Source: Clostridiales bacterium CCNA10 | Lineage (GTDB): Bacteria; Verrucomicrobiota; Kiritimatiellia; RFP12; UBA1067 | Assembly: GCA_963618935.1 (NCBI GenBank) | Contig: CAVEVC010000075.1 | Location: 1-41,532, forward strand | Length of the DNA: 41,532 bases | Direction: 5' to 3' | In this document: in pieces, positions 1 to 7,522 of the stretch | Layout: the number at the start of each line of letters is the position of its first letter | Numbering within the stretch: position 1 is the stretch's first letter | Made by a program: the position numbers and the translations under genes | The notes under the pieces: model-generated | Database searches by the model: none | Told to the model about the DNA's origin: nothing | Seen by the model: the letters and a program-made list of their open reading frames with translations, nothing else

Positions 1-40
1 CCCCTCCGCTTCATGGACCTTGCATGGACGTTGCGCATGC

Positions 41-92
41 GGGAGGGTCGCGTTCCTGCGCGACCTGGAAGGGAGCGCGGCCCTCCCGTTTT
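41..92 (+). terminator. GC-rich stem-loop followed by GTTTT; probable intrinsic terminator of a gene lying upstream of the window
   Basis: gggagggtcgcg (41-52) pairs with cgcggccctccc (76-87) with one G-T wobble and is followed by gtttt (88-92). A mutually exclusive inner hairpin is ggtcgcg (46-52) / cgcgacc (59-65). The same GGGAGGGTCGCG..CGCGACC module recurs at 27189-27212 and, diverged, at 37973-37992. Confidence 0.4.
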
Positions 93-145
93 GGACTCCC
101 CCAAAAAAAACGAAAGCCCAAGAACGAAACCCCAAGCCCCCTAAC

Positions 146-187
146 CCCTGATACCTGGACCCTGATACCTGAACCCTAAAACCTGAA
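146..187. repeat. 3 x 14-bp tandem direct repeat immediately upstream of the hydrogenase promoter
   Basis: The units are CCCTGATACCTGGA (146-159), CCCTGATACCTGAA (160-173) and CCCTAAAACCTGAA (174-187). The array ends 16 nt before the putative -35 box at 204. Confidence 0.8.
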
Positions 188-203
188 GCCGCTTAAATTA
201 GTG

Positions 204-233
204 TTGCCTAACAAGTGGACCGTGTGAGATAAT
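204..233 (+). promoter_or_regulatory. putative sigma70-type promoter of the hydCBA operon
   Basis: TTGCCT (204-209), an 18-nt spacer, then GATAAT (228-233) preceded by TGa (extended -10-like). An AAAGGAA Shine-Dalgarno lies about 10 nt before the ATG at 272. Confidence 0.45.
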
Positions 234-271
234 CACCGACGAATTTCAACCAATCAAAAGGAACACGTCAC

Positions 272-784
272 ATGTGTGAACACTGCTCACCGGCCGCGGC
301 CGGGAAGTACGCCGAGCTCGATGCGTTCATCGACGGCCTCGGGCTGGACCCGGCCGACGAGCGCCGGCGCGGGCGCCTCATCCAGATCCTCCACCGCGCG
401 CAGCACATCTTCGGCTACCTGCCGCGCGAGGTGCAGCAGCACGTGGCCGCGAAGATGGCGATCCCCGAGAGCGCCGTCTCGGGCGTCGTCTCCTTCTACA
501 ACTACTTCACCACGAAGCCGAAGGGCAAGTACGTGATCAACGTCTGCCTCGGCACGGCGTGCTACGTGAAGGGCTCCGAGGGCGTGCTGCGCGAGATCGA
601 GCGCGTGCTGGGCGTCGAGGCGGACACGCACCCGACGGCCGACGGGCTCTTCTCCGTGAGCGCGCTCCGGTGCGTCGGCGCCTGCGGCCTCGCGCCCGTC
701 ATGATGGTCAACGACCAGGTGTACGGCAAGGTGACGCCCGCGAAGGCCGTCGAAATCATCAACGAATACAAGGCGAAAGGCTGA
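272..784 (+). CDS. hydC: NuoE-like thioredoxin-fold [2Fe-2S] subunit of a multimeric [FeFe] hydrogenase (HydC / gamma)
   Basis: 170 aa. Four-Cys pattern CLGTAC ... RCVGACGLAP, typical of the NuoE/24-kDa family. It sits directly upstream of the NuoF-like and H-cluster subunits. Confidence 0.85.
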   Translation: MCEHCSPAAAGKYAELDAFIDGLGLDPADERRRGRLIQILHRAQHIFGYLPREVQQHVAAKMAIPESAVSGVVSFYNYFTTKPKGKYVINVCLGTACYVKGSEGVLREIERVLGVEADTHPTADGLFSVSALRCVGACGLAPVMMVNDQVYGKVTPAKAVEIINEYKAKG

Positions 785-792
785 GCCGCACC

Positions 793-2724
793 ATGGACAA
801 GATCACGAGCAAGGCCGATCTCGACGCCGCGTTCGAGGCCGCGAAGGGGAAGCTGGCCCTCCGCCTCGTCGCCCACGGCGCGATCGACTCGACGAAGAAG
901 GACATTCTCTGCTGCGGCGGCACGGGCTGCCACGCCTCGGCCTCCCAGGCGCTGATGGCGAACCTGCGCGACGAGATCCGCGCGGCCGGGCTGGAGGCGG
1001 ACGTCAAGGTCGTCCAGACCGGCTGCTTCGGCTTCTGCGCCCAGGGCCCGATCGTCAAGGTGATGCCGGACAACGTCTTCTACGTGCAGGTCACGCCGGA
1101 CGACGCGAAGGAGATCGTGCAGAGGCACGTCGTCGGCCACGAGGTCGTGGAGCGCCTCCTCTACGTGGAGCCCACGCTCAAGGCGAAGATCCACGACTAC
1201 GAGAAGATGCCGTTCTACGCGAAGCAGCACCGCATCGCCCTCCGGAACTGCGGCCTCATCGACGCCGAGTCGCTGGAGGACTACATCGCGAGCGGCGGCT
1301 ACCAGGGCCTCGCGAAGGCGCTCACCGCGATGACGCCCGGCGAGGTCGTGCAGGAGGTGCTCAACTCGGGCATCTGCGGGCGCGGCGGCGCGGGCTTCCC
1401 CACCGGCCTCAAGTGGAAGATCGCCGCCGGCGTGAAGGCCGACGAGAAGTACATCGTCTGCAACGCCGACGAGGGCGACCCGGGCGCGTTCATGGACCGC
1501 TCGATCATGGAGGGCGACCCGGGCAGCGTCATCGAGGCGATGGCCATCGGCGCCTACGCGATCGGCGCCCAGCACGGCCTCGTCTACATCCGTGCGGAAT
1601 ACCCGCTCGCGGTGAGCCGCCTCCAGATGGCGATCGACCAGGCGCGCGAGGCCGGCCTGCTCGGCAGGAACGTCCTCGGCACGGACTTCTGCTTCGACAT
1701 CGAGATCAAGCTCGGCGCCGGCGCGTTCGTCTGCGGCGAGGAGACGGCCCTCATCCACTCGATGGAGGGCCAGCGCGGCGAGCCGACGACGAAGCCGCCG
1801 TTCCCCGCCAACGTCGGCGGCGGCTACTGGGGCTGCTCCACGAACGTGAACAACGTGGAGACGTATGCGTCGATCCCCGTCATCCTCGTGAAGGGCGCCA
1901 AGTGGTACTCGCAGATCGGCAACTGGAAGGCCGAGACGGACGAGGAGGGCAACTGGACGAGGACCGTGAGCGGCAACGCGGGCACGAAGGTGTTCGCGCT
2001 CGCCGGCCAGGTCAACAACGTCGGCCTCGTCGAGGTGCCGATGGGCACGACGCTCCGCGAGATCATCTACGACATCGGCGGCGGCATCTCCGGCGGCCAT
2101 GCGTTCAAGGCGGTGCAGACGGGCGGCCCGTCCGGCGGCTGCATCACGGCCGAGAACCTCGACACGCCGATCGACTACATGAACCTCGGCAAGATCGGCT
2201 CGATGATGGGCTCCGGCGGCATGATCGTCCTCTCCGACAAGGACTGCATGCCCGCGATGGCGAAGTTCTACCTCGGCTTCACGAAGGACGAGAGCTGCGG
2301 CAAGTGTACGCCCTGCCGCATCGGCACGCGCCGCATGCTGGAGATGCTCGAGAAGATCTGCGACGGCAACGGCACCGAGGAGATGCTGGAGGAGCTGGAG
2401 GGCCTCGCCAACACGATCAAGGACACCGCGCTCTGCGGCCTCGGCCAGACGGCGCCGAACCCGATCCTCTCCACCCTGCGCTACTTCCGGGACGAGTACA
2501 TCGCCCACGTACGCGACAAGAAGTGCCCCGCCGGCACCTGCACGAAGCTCTACACGCTCAAGATCACGGACAAGTGCAAGGGCTGCACGAAGTGCGCCCG
2601 CAACTGCCCGGTCAACGCGATCGCCGGCACCGTCAAGCAGCTGCACGTCATCGACGCGAAGAAGTGCATCAAGTGCGGCGCGTGCATCGCCGCCTGCCCG
2701 TTCAAGGCCATCGTCAAGGAGTGA
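793..2724 (+). CDS. hydB: NuoF-like flavoprotein subunit of [FeFe] hydrogenase (HydB / beta), FMN/NAD(P)H binding, with extra Fe-S domains
   Basis: The track ORF 559-2724 was trimmed to the ATG at 793 (MDKITSK), 9 nt after the hydC stop. Motifs seen: an N-terminal thioredoxin-like 2Fe-2S segment (CCGGTGCH..GCFGFCAQGP); GRGGAGFPTGLKW and CNADEGDPGAFMDR (NuoF FMN/NADH site); ESCGKCTPCR; and two C-terminal CxxCxxCxxxCP ferredoxin motifs (CKGCTKCARNCP, CIKCGACIAACP). Confidence 0.9.
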   Translation: MDKITSKADLDAAFEAAKGKLALRLVAHGAIDSTKKDILCCGGTGCHASASQALMANLRDEIRAAGLEADVKVVQTGCFGFCAQGPIVKVMPDNVFYVQVTPDDAKEIVQRHVVGHEVVERLLYVEPTLKAKIHDYEKMPFYAKQHRIALRNCGLIDAESLEDYIASGGYQGLAKALTAMTPGEVVQEVLNSGICGRGGAGFPTGLKWKIAAGVKADEKYIVCNADEGDPGAFMDRSIMEGDPGSVIEAMAIGAYAIGAQHGLVYIRAEYPLAVSRLQMAIDQAREAGLLGRNVLGTDFCFDIEIKLGAGAFVCGEETALIHSMEGQRGEPTTKPPFPANVGGGYWGCSTNVNNVETYASIPVILVKGAKWYSQIGNWKAETDEEGNWTRTVSGNAGTKVFALAGQVNNVGLVEVPMGTTLREIIYDIGGGISGGHAFKAVQTGGPSGGCITAENLDTPIDYMNLGKIGSMMGSGGMIVLSDKDCMPAMAKFYLGFTKDESCGKCTPCRIGTRRMLEMLEKICDGNGTEEMLEELEGLANTIKDTALCGLGQTAPNPILSTLRYFRDEYIAHVRDKKCPAGTCTKLYTLKITDKCKGCTKCARNCPVNAIAGTVKQLHVIDAKKCIKCGACIAACPFKAIVKE

Positions 2725-2730
2725 GGCAGA

Positions 2731-2785
2731 AACCGCAAGGGACGGGGGAAAAAACCGCAAAGGACGGGGGAACCCAGGTTCCCCC
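2731..2785 (+). promoter_or_regulatory. hydB-hydA intergenic direct repeat plus hairpin (possible mRNA processing or stability element)
   Basis: AACCGCAAGGGACGGGGGA (2731-2749) is repeated as AACCGCAAAGGACGGGGGA (2753-2771). GGGGGAACC (2766-2774) pairs with GGTTCCCCC (2777-2785). No T-run follows. The hydA Shine-Dalgarno AAGGAAGGA is at 2798-2806. Confidence 0.5.
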
Positions 2786-2815
2786 GAACCCCCTCACAAG
2801 GAAGGAATTTTTGAA

Positions 2816-4582
2816 ATGGCTAACGTAACCGTCATCATCAACGGCACCAAGGTCGAGGTGCCCGCCGGCTCGACGATCCTCGACGCGGCGAACAAGATCA
2901 ACGTCCACATCCCGACGCTGTGCTACTGCCCCGACGTGGGCTGCGGCACGGCGAACAAGCCCGCCTCCTGCCGCCTCTGCCTCGTGGAGGCGACCGGCAT
3001 CCGCGGCCCGCGCAGGATCCTCGTGCCGGCGTGCGCGACCCCGCTCGCGCGCGACGGCGTGGAGGTGTGGACGAACTCGAACCGCGCCCTCAAGGCGCGC
3101 CGCACCGTCCTGGAGCTGCTCCTCTCCGACCACCCGCAGACGTGCCTCACCTGCGCGAAGAACCAGGAGTGCGAGCTGCAGAAGCTCGCCGCCGAGTTCG
3201 GCGTGCGCGAGATCCCGTTCCGCGGCGAGATGAACCAGTTCCCCGTCGACCGGTCCGCCGCCATCATGCGCGACCTCTCGAAGTGCGTGATGTGCCGCCG
3301 CTGCGAGACGGTGTGCAACAAGGTGCAGACCGTCGGCGCCCTCACGGGCAACGGGCGCGGCTTCAACGCCAAGGTCGGAACGGCCTCGATGATCCCGCTC
3401 GCGGACTCGAGCTGCACGTTCTGCGGCCAGTGCGTCAACGTCTGCCCCGTCGGCGCGATCGTCGGCGTGAGCTACGTGAAGGACGTGTGGAAGGCGATCA
3501 ACGACCCCACGAAGACCGTGATCGTGCAGACCGCCCCCGCCGTGCGCGTCGCCATCGGCCAGGAGTACGGCTTCAAGCCGGGCGAGCCCGTCACGGGCAA
3601 GCTCGTCGCCGGCCTCCGCCGCCTCGGCTTCGACAAGGTGTTCGACACCGACTTCTCCGCCGACCTCACCATCATGGAGGAGGGCCACGAGCTCGTCGAG
3701 CGCGTGAAGGCCGGGAAGAACCTCCCGATCCTCACCTCCTGCTGCCCCGGCTGGATCAACTTCCTCGAGCACCACTACCCCGACCTGCTGGACATCCCGT
3801 CGAGCTGCAAGAGCCCGCAGCAGATGTTCGGCGCGATCGCGAAGACCTACTACGCCGAGAAGATCGGCGTGAAGCCCGAAGACCTCGTGGTCGTCTCCAT
3901 CATGCCGTGCCAGGCGAAGAAGTACGAGGCCGCGCGCCCCGAGTTCGCCCCCAACGGCGTGTGGGACGTCGACTACGTCGTCACGACGCGCGAGCTCGGC
4001 GCGATGCTCCACGAGGCCGGCGTCAACCTCGCCAACCTCGAGGACGAGGACTACGACAGCCCGCTCGGCGAGTCCACCGGCGCCGGCGTCATCTTCGGCG
4101 TGACGGGCGGCGTGCTGGAGGCGGCCCTCCGCAGCGTCCACACGATGCTCACGGGCGAGAACCTCGCCGGCGACGCGATCAACTTCCGCGCCGTGCGCGG
4201 CCTCGACGGCGTGAAGGAGGCGAAGGTGGAGGTGGCCCCCGGCATGACGGTGAACGTCGCCATCGCCTCCGGCCTCGGCAACGCCCGCAAGGTGCTCGAC
4301 ATGGTGCGCGCCGACCGCGGCCGCTTCCAGGCCATCGAGATCATGGCCTGCCCCGGCGGCTGCATCAACGGCGGCGGCCAGCCCTACATCCGCGAGGACC
4401 GCCAGGGCGCGCTGGAGCGCCGCATGAAGGGCCTCTACGCGGAGGACGCCGGCAAGCCCTGCCGCCTCTCGCACGAGAACCCAGACATCAAGAAGCTCTA
4501 CGCGGAGTTCCTAGGCGAGCCCGGCTCGGAGAAGGCGCACCGCCTCCTCCACACGGCCTACCACAACAACCCGCGCGCCTAG
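2816..4582 (+). CDS. hydA: [FeFe] hydrogenase catalytic subunit (HydA / alpha; HndD-like)
   Basis: 588 aa. It has an N-terminal 2Fe-2S ferredoxin fold, a His-ligated cluster region (HPQTCLTCAKNQECELQ) and two 4Fe-4S motifs (CVMCRRCETVC, CTFCGQCVNVCP). All three H-cluster signatures are present: TSCCPGW, MPCQAKKYE and EIMACPGGCINGGGQP. Confidence 0.93.
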   Translation: MANVTVIINGTKVEVPAGSTILDAANKINVHIPTLCYCPDVGCGTANKPASCRLCLVEATGIRGPRRILVPACATPLARDGVEVWTNSNRALKARRTVLELLLSDHPQTCLTCAKNQECELQKLAAEFGVREIPFRGEMNQFPVDRSAAIMRDLSKCVMCRRCETVCNKVQTVGALTGNGRGFNAKVGTASMIPLADSSCTFCGQCVNVCPVGAIVGVSYVKDVWKAINDPTKTVIVQTAPAVRVAIGQEYGFKPGEPVTGKLVAGLRRLGFDKVFDTDFSADLTIMEEGHELVERVKAGKNLPILTSCCPGWINFLEHHYPDLLDIPSSCKSPQQMFGAIAKTYYAEKIGVKPEDLVVVSIMPCQAKKYEAARPEFAPNGVWDVDYVVTTRELGAMLHEAGVNLANLEDEDYDSPLGESTGAGVIFGVTGGVLEAALRSVHTMLTGENLAGDAINFRAVRGLDGVKEAKVEVAPGMTVNVAIASGLGNARKVLDMVRADRGRFQAIEIMACPGGCINGGGQPYIREDRQGALERRMKGLYAEDAGKPCRLSHENPDIKKLYAEFLGEPGSEKAHRLLHTAYHNNPRA

Positions 4583-4601
4583 GCCCGCGCCCCGGCGGCA
4601 G

Positions 4602-5558
4602 ATGGACAAGACCGACCCATACGAGACGACGCGCGCCATCGCGGCGCTGGACCCCTGGGAACGCGCCGCGAAGCACAACTGGGCCCTTGTACCGCAGACG
4701 AGCGCCGAGCCGTTCGTGGTGACGGCGGTGGACGAGCGGAAGGGCGAGGGGCCCGTGGCCGGGCGCCTGCTGCTCTTCCCCGGCTTCGCCACGTTCCGGG
4801 ACTTCGTAATCACGCGGCAGGTGCGCGATTTCGGCGTGGCGACCGGTCCGGTCGACTTCCGCCACTACGAGGCGGTGGGGCTGAAGAACGGCGACGTGGA
4901 GATCTTCTCCTACGAGCCCGGGTTCGTGCCGCTGCCGCCGTCCCCGGAGGAGCGGCGCCTGCTGGCGCAGCTCCTGCAGGAGTGCTACGGCCTGCTGCTG
5001 CGGCTGGAGGAGAACCCGGACCTGCCGCTCGCCTACATGGACAAGAAGGCGATGTTCGCGCGCAAGGAGGTGGTGGAGGGCGTGTGGGTGGACGGCCCGT
5101 TCCTGCTGCCGCAGGAGGCCGCCCAGCAGACGGAGCAGGTTGCGCTGTCGCGGGGCGCCTGCGCGAAGGCGAAGGAGCTGCCCGTCTTCCCGAAGGAGGC
5201 CTGGGAGGTCGATTTCGTCCTGGTGCCCGCCTACCACACGCCGGGCCCGCGTCCGCGCTTCCTCTACCTGCTCGCGGCGGTGGACGCGGCGACGGGCGGG
5301 CGGATGGCGTGGGAGAGGCTGTCGGTGGACGGCAAGGCGGACGGCCTGAAGCGCCTGTGGGAGGGGCACGCGCAGCGGCTGCTGGACGCGATGGTGGCCC
5401 ATGGGCGCGTGCCGGGCGAGCTCCACGTGCGGTCCGGCCGCATGATGCGCTTTCTGCGGCCGCTCGGCCTCCAGCTGCCGTTCAAGCTCGTCCAGCACGC
5501 CAAGCTCCCTGCCCTCGACGCGGCCCTCGCCCACGCCATCCAGGCGAAGAAGGTCTAG
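4602..5558 (+). CDS. hypothetical protein, no recognisable motifs
   Basis: 318-aa ORF in the host's high-GC coding style. It starts 19 nt after hydA and ends 2 nt before the next gene. No signal peptide, TM segment or catalytic motif was recognised. Confidence 0.6.
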   Translation: MDKTDPYETTRAIAALDPWERAAKHNWALVPQTSAEPFVVTAVDERKGEGPVAGRLLLFPGFATFRDFVITRQVRDFGVATGPVDFRHYEAVGLKNGDVEIFSYEPGFVPLPPSPEERRLLAQLLQECYGLLLRLEENPDLPLAYMDKKAMFARKEVVEGVWVDGPFLLPQEAAQQTEQVALSRGACAKAKELPVFPKEAWEVDFVLVPAYHTPGPRPRFLYLLAAVDAATGGRMAWERLSVDGKADGLKRLWEGHAQRLLDAMVAHGRVPGELHVRSGRMMRFLRPLGLQLPFKLVQHAKLPALDAALAHAIQAKKV

Positions 5559-5560
5559 CC

Positions 5561-6589
5561 ATGCCCGACCTCGGCATCAACCGCGACATCCCCGTCTGGC
5601 TGTCGCTCGCGTTCATCGTGGGCGGGCTCGTCGTGCTGGCCTGGAGCGCGGACCGGTTCGTCGCGGCGGCGGCGCGCCTCGCGCGGGCGTTCGGCGTCTC
5701 GCCGCTCATCGTGGGCATGGTCGTCATCGGGTTCGGGACGAGCGCGCCGGAGCTGGCGGTCTCGCTGCTCTCGGCCCTCTCCGGCCAGTCCAACCTCTCC
5801 CTCGGCAACGCCTACGGGTCGTGTACGTTCAACCTGGGGGTCATCCTGGGCGTGACGGCGTTCATCTCGCCCATCGTCGTGAAGCCGTCCGTCTCGTTCT
5901 GCGGCGTGCCGCTTCTGCTGGGCGTGACGGCGCTTTCCTACTTCCTCGTGCGGGACATGGCCTTCGCGCGCGTGAACGGCGCCGTGCTGCTCGTCGCCTT
6001 CCTCCTGGTCATGCCGCTCTACTGCTGGTTCGACCAGATGAAGGGGCAGAAGCCGGCGGCGGCCGCCGGGGCGGAGGCGCCCGCGGCGCGGCCGCGCGTG
6101 CGCGCGGGCGACTTCGCGCTGCTCGTCGCGGGGCTGGGCCTGCTCGTCGCCTCGTCGCACGTCCTCGTGTGGGGGTGCGTGGACGTCGCGCGCGACGTGC
6201 TGGGCGTCTCGCCGCTCCTGATCGGGCTCACGATCGTCGCGGCGGGCACGTCGCTGCCGGAGTTCGCGAGCGCGCTCGCCTCCGCGCGGCGCGGCGAGCA
6301 TGAGTTCGTCATCGGCAACATCGTGGGGTCGAACCTCTTCAACGCCCTCGCCGTGGTGGGGGTGGCGGGGACGGTCTCGCCGTTCGCCGGCTACAGCCGC
6401 TACATCGTGTCGCGGGACCTGCCGGCGATGTTCCTCATGTCGGCGCTCCTCTTCGTATTCGGCTTCAACTGGCGCCGGCCGTCCGAGCCCGGCCGGATCG
6501 TCCGCCGGGAGGGCGCGCTCTGGGCGCTGCTCTTCGCCGCCTATCTCGTCGTCATGGTTCTCCAGGAGACGGGGCGCTTGCCCCGGTGA
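5561..6589 (+). CDS. Na+/Ca2+ exchanger (CaCA, YrbG-like) family membrane protein
   Basis: The track ORF 4982-6589 was trimmed to the ATG at 5561 ([18 protein letters not shown]). Both alpha-repeat signatures are present: [12 protein letters not shown] and [12 protein letters not shown]. It has multiple hydrophobic helices. Confidence 0.85.
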   Translation: MPDLGINRDIPVWLSLAFIVGGLVVLAWSADRFVAAAARLARAFGVSPLIVGMVVIGFGTSAPELAVSLLSALSGQSNLSLGNAYGSCTFNLGVILGVTAFISPIVVKPSVSFCGVPLLLGVTALSYFLVRDMAFARVNGAVLLVAFLLVMPLYCWFDQMKGQKPAAAAGAEAPAARPRVRAGDFALLVAGLGLLVASSHVLVWGCVDVARDVLGVSPLLIGLTIVAAGTSLPEFASALASARRGEHEFVIGNIVGSNLFNALAVVGVAGTVSPFAGYSRYIVSRDLPAMFLMSALLFVFGFNWRRPSEPGRIVRREGALWALLFAAYLVVMVLQETGRLPR

Positions 6590-6611
6590 ACGGCATGGAA
6601 GGAGGCGCATC

Positions 6612-7487
6612 GTGAGGAAGGGCATCATTCTGGCGGGCGGCGCGGGGACGCGCCTCCACCCGCTCACGCGCGTCGTCTCGAAGCAGCTTCTGCCGGTCTA
6701 CGACAAGCCGATGGTCTTCTACCCGCTCTCGACGCTGATGCTGGCCGGCATCCGCGAGGTGCTGGTCATCTCCACCCCGCAGGACCTGCCGAGCTTCCGG
6801 CGGCTCCTGGGGGACGGCTCCGGCCTCGGGATGTCGTTCTCCTACCAGGCGCAGGAGACGCCGAACGGCCTCGCCCAGGCGTTCGTGATCGGGCGCGGCT
6901 TCCTCGGCGGCGACGACGTCTGCCTCATCCTCGGCGACAACATCTTCTACGGCGCCGAGCTCCCCCTGCTCCTCAAGGAGGCGAACGCGGCGGCGGAGCC
7001 GACGGTGTTCGGCTACCGCGTGGCGGACCCCGCGCGCTACGGCGTCGTCTCCTTCGACGCCGCCGGCCGCGCCGATACGATCGAGGAGAAGCCGGCGCAT
7101 CCCCGGAGCAGCTACGCCGTCGTGGGGCTCTACTTCTACCCGAACGACGTCGTGGAGATCGCCGCGCGCCTGAAGCCCAGCGCGCGCGGCGAGTACGAGA
7201 TCACCGACGTGAACCGCGAATACCTCCGCCAGGGCCGCCTGCGCGTGCGGCAGATGAGCCGCGGGTTCGCGTGGCTCGACACCGGCACCCACCAGTCCCT
7301 CGCGGACGCCACGAACTTCGTGCGCGCGGTCGTCGAGCGCCAGGGCCTCCAGATCTCCTGCATCGAGGAGATCGCCTGGAACAAGGGCTGGATCGACGAA
7401 GCCCAGCTGCGGCGGCTCGCCGACGGGTACGGCAAGTCCACCTACGGCGACTACCTGCGGAAGCTGGCGGGGGCGGGCGGAATTTAA
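6612..7487 (+). CDS. rmlA: glucose-1-phosphate thymidylyltransferase
   Basis: The track ORF 6300-7487 was trimmed to the GTG at 6612 ([19 protein letters not shown]), preceded by a GGAAGGAGG Shine-Dalgarno. It carries the G-x-G-T-R-L-x-P-x-T nucleotidyltransferase signature and an RmlA-like C-terminal half ([10 protein letters not shown]). Confidence 0.9.
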   Translation: MRKGIILAGGAGTRLHPLTRVVSKQLLPVYDKPMVFYPLSTLMLAGIREVLVISTPQDLPSFRRLLGDGSGLGMSFSYQAQETPNGLAQAFVIGRGFLGGDDVCLILGDNIFYGAELPLLLKEANAAAEPTVFGYRVADPARYGVVSFDAAGRADTIEEKPAHPRSSYAVVGLYFYPNDVVEIAARLKPSARGEYEITDVNREYLRQGRLRVRQMSRGFAWLDTGTHQSLADATNFVRAVVERQGLQISCIEEIAWNKGWIDEAQLRRLADGYGKSTYGDYLRKLAGAGGI

Positions 7488-7522
7488 GAAACAGGAAAAA
7501 CAAGCGGAAAGGTGAAAGGCGT

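Noticed and set aside
562-2760. Very long antisense ORFs mirror almost every real gene. Examples: 562-2760 (-), 2714-4474 (-), 7484-10339 (-), 17049-20318 (-), 20474-22186 (-), 21976-24264 (-), 24240-26804 (-), 28323-32666 (-), 33176-35464 (-), 38066-39511 (-) and 40145-41470 (-). Out-of-frame sense ORFs such as 1413-2828, 2920-4722, 8653-10563 and 33613-35526 do the same.
   Set aside because: Their translations are low-complexity Arg/Ala/Gly/Pro/Asp strings with no motifs. They overlap ORFs that carry unambiguous catalytic signatures. At about 70% GC, stop codons are rare in every frame, so long shadow ORFs are expected.
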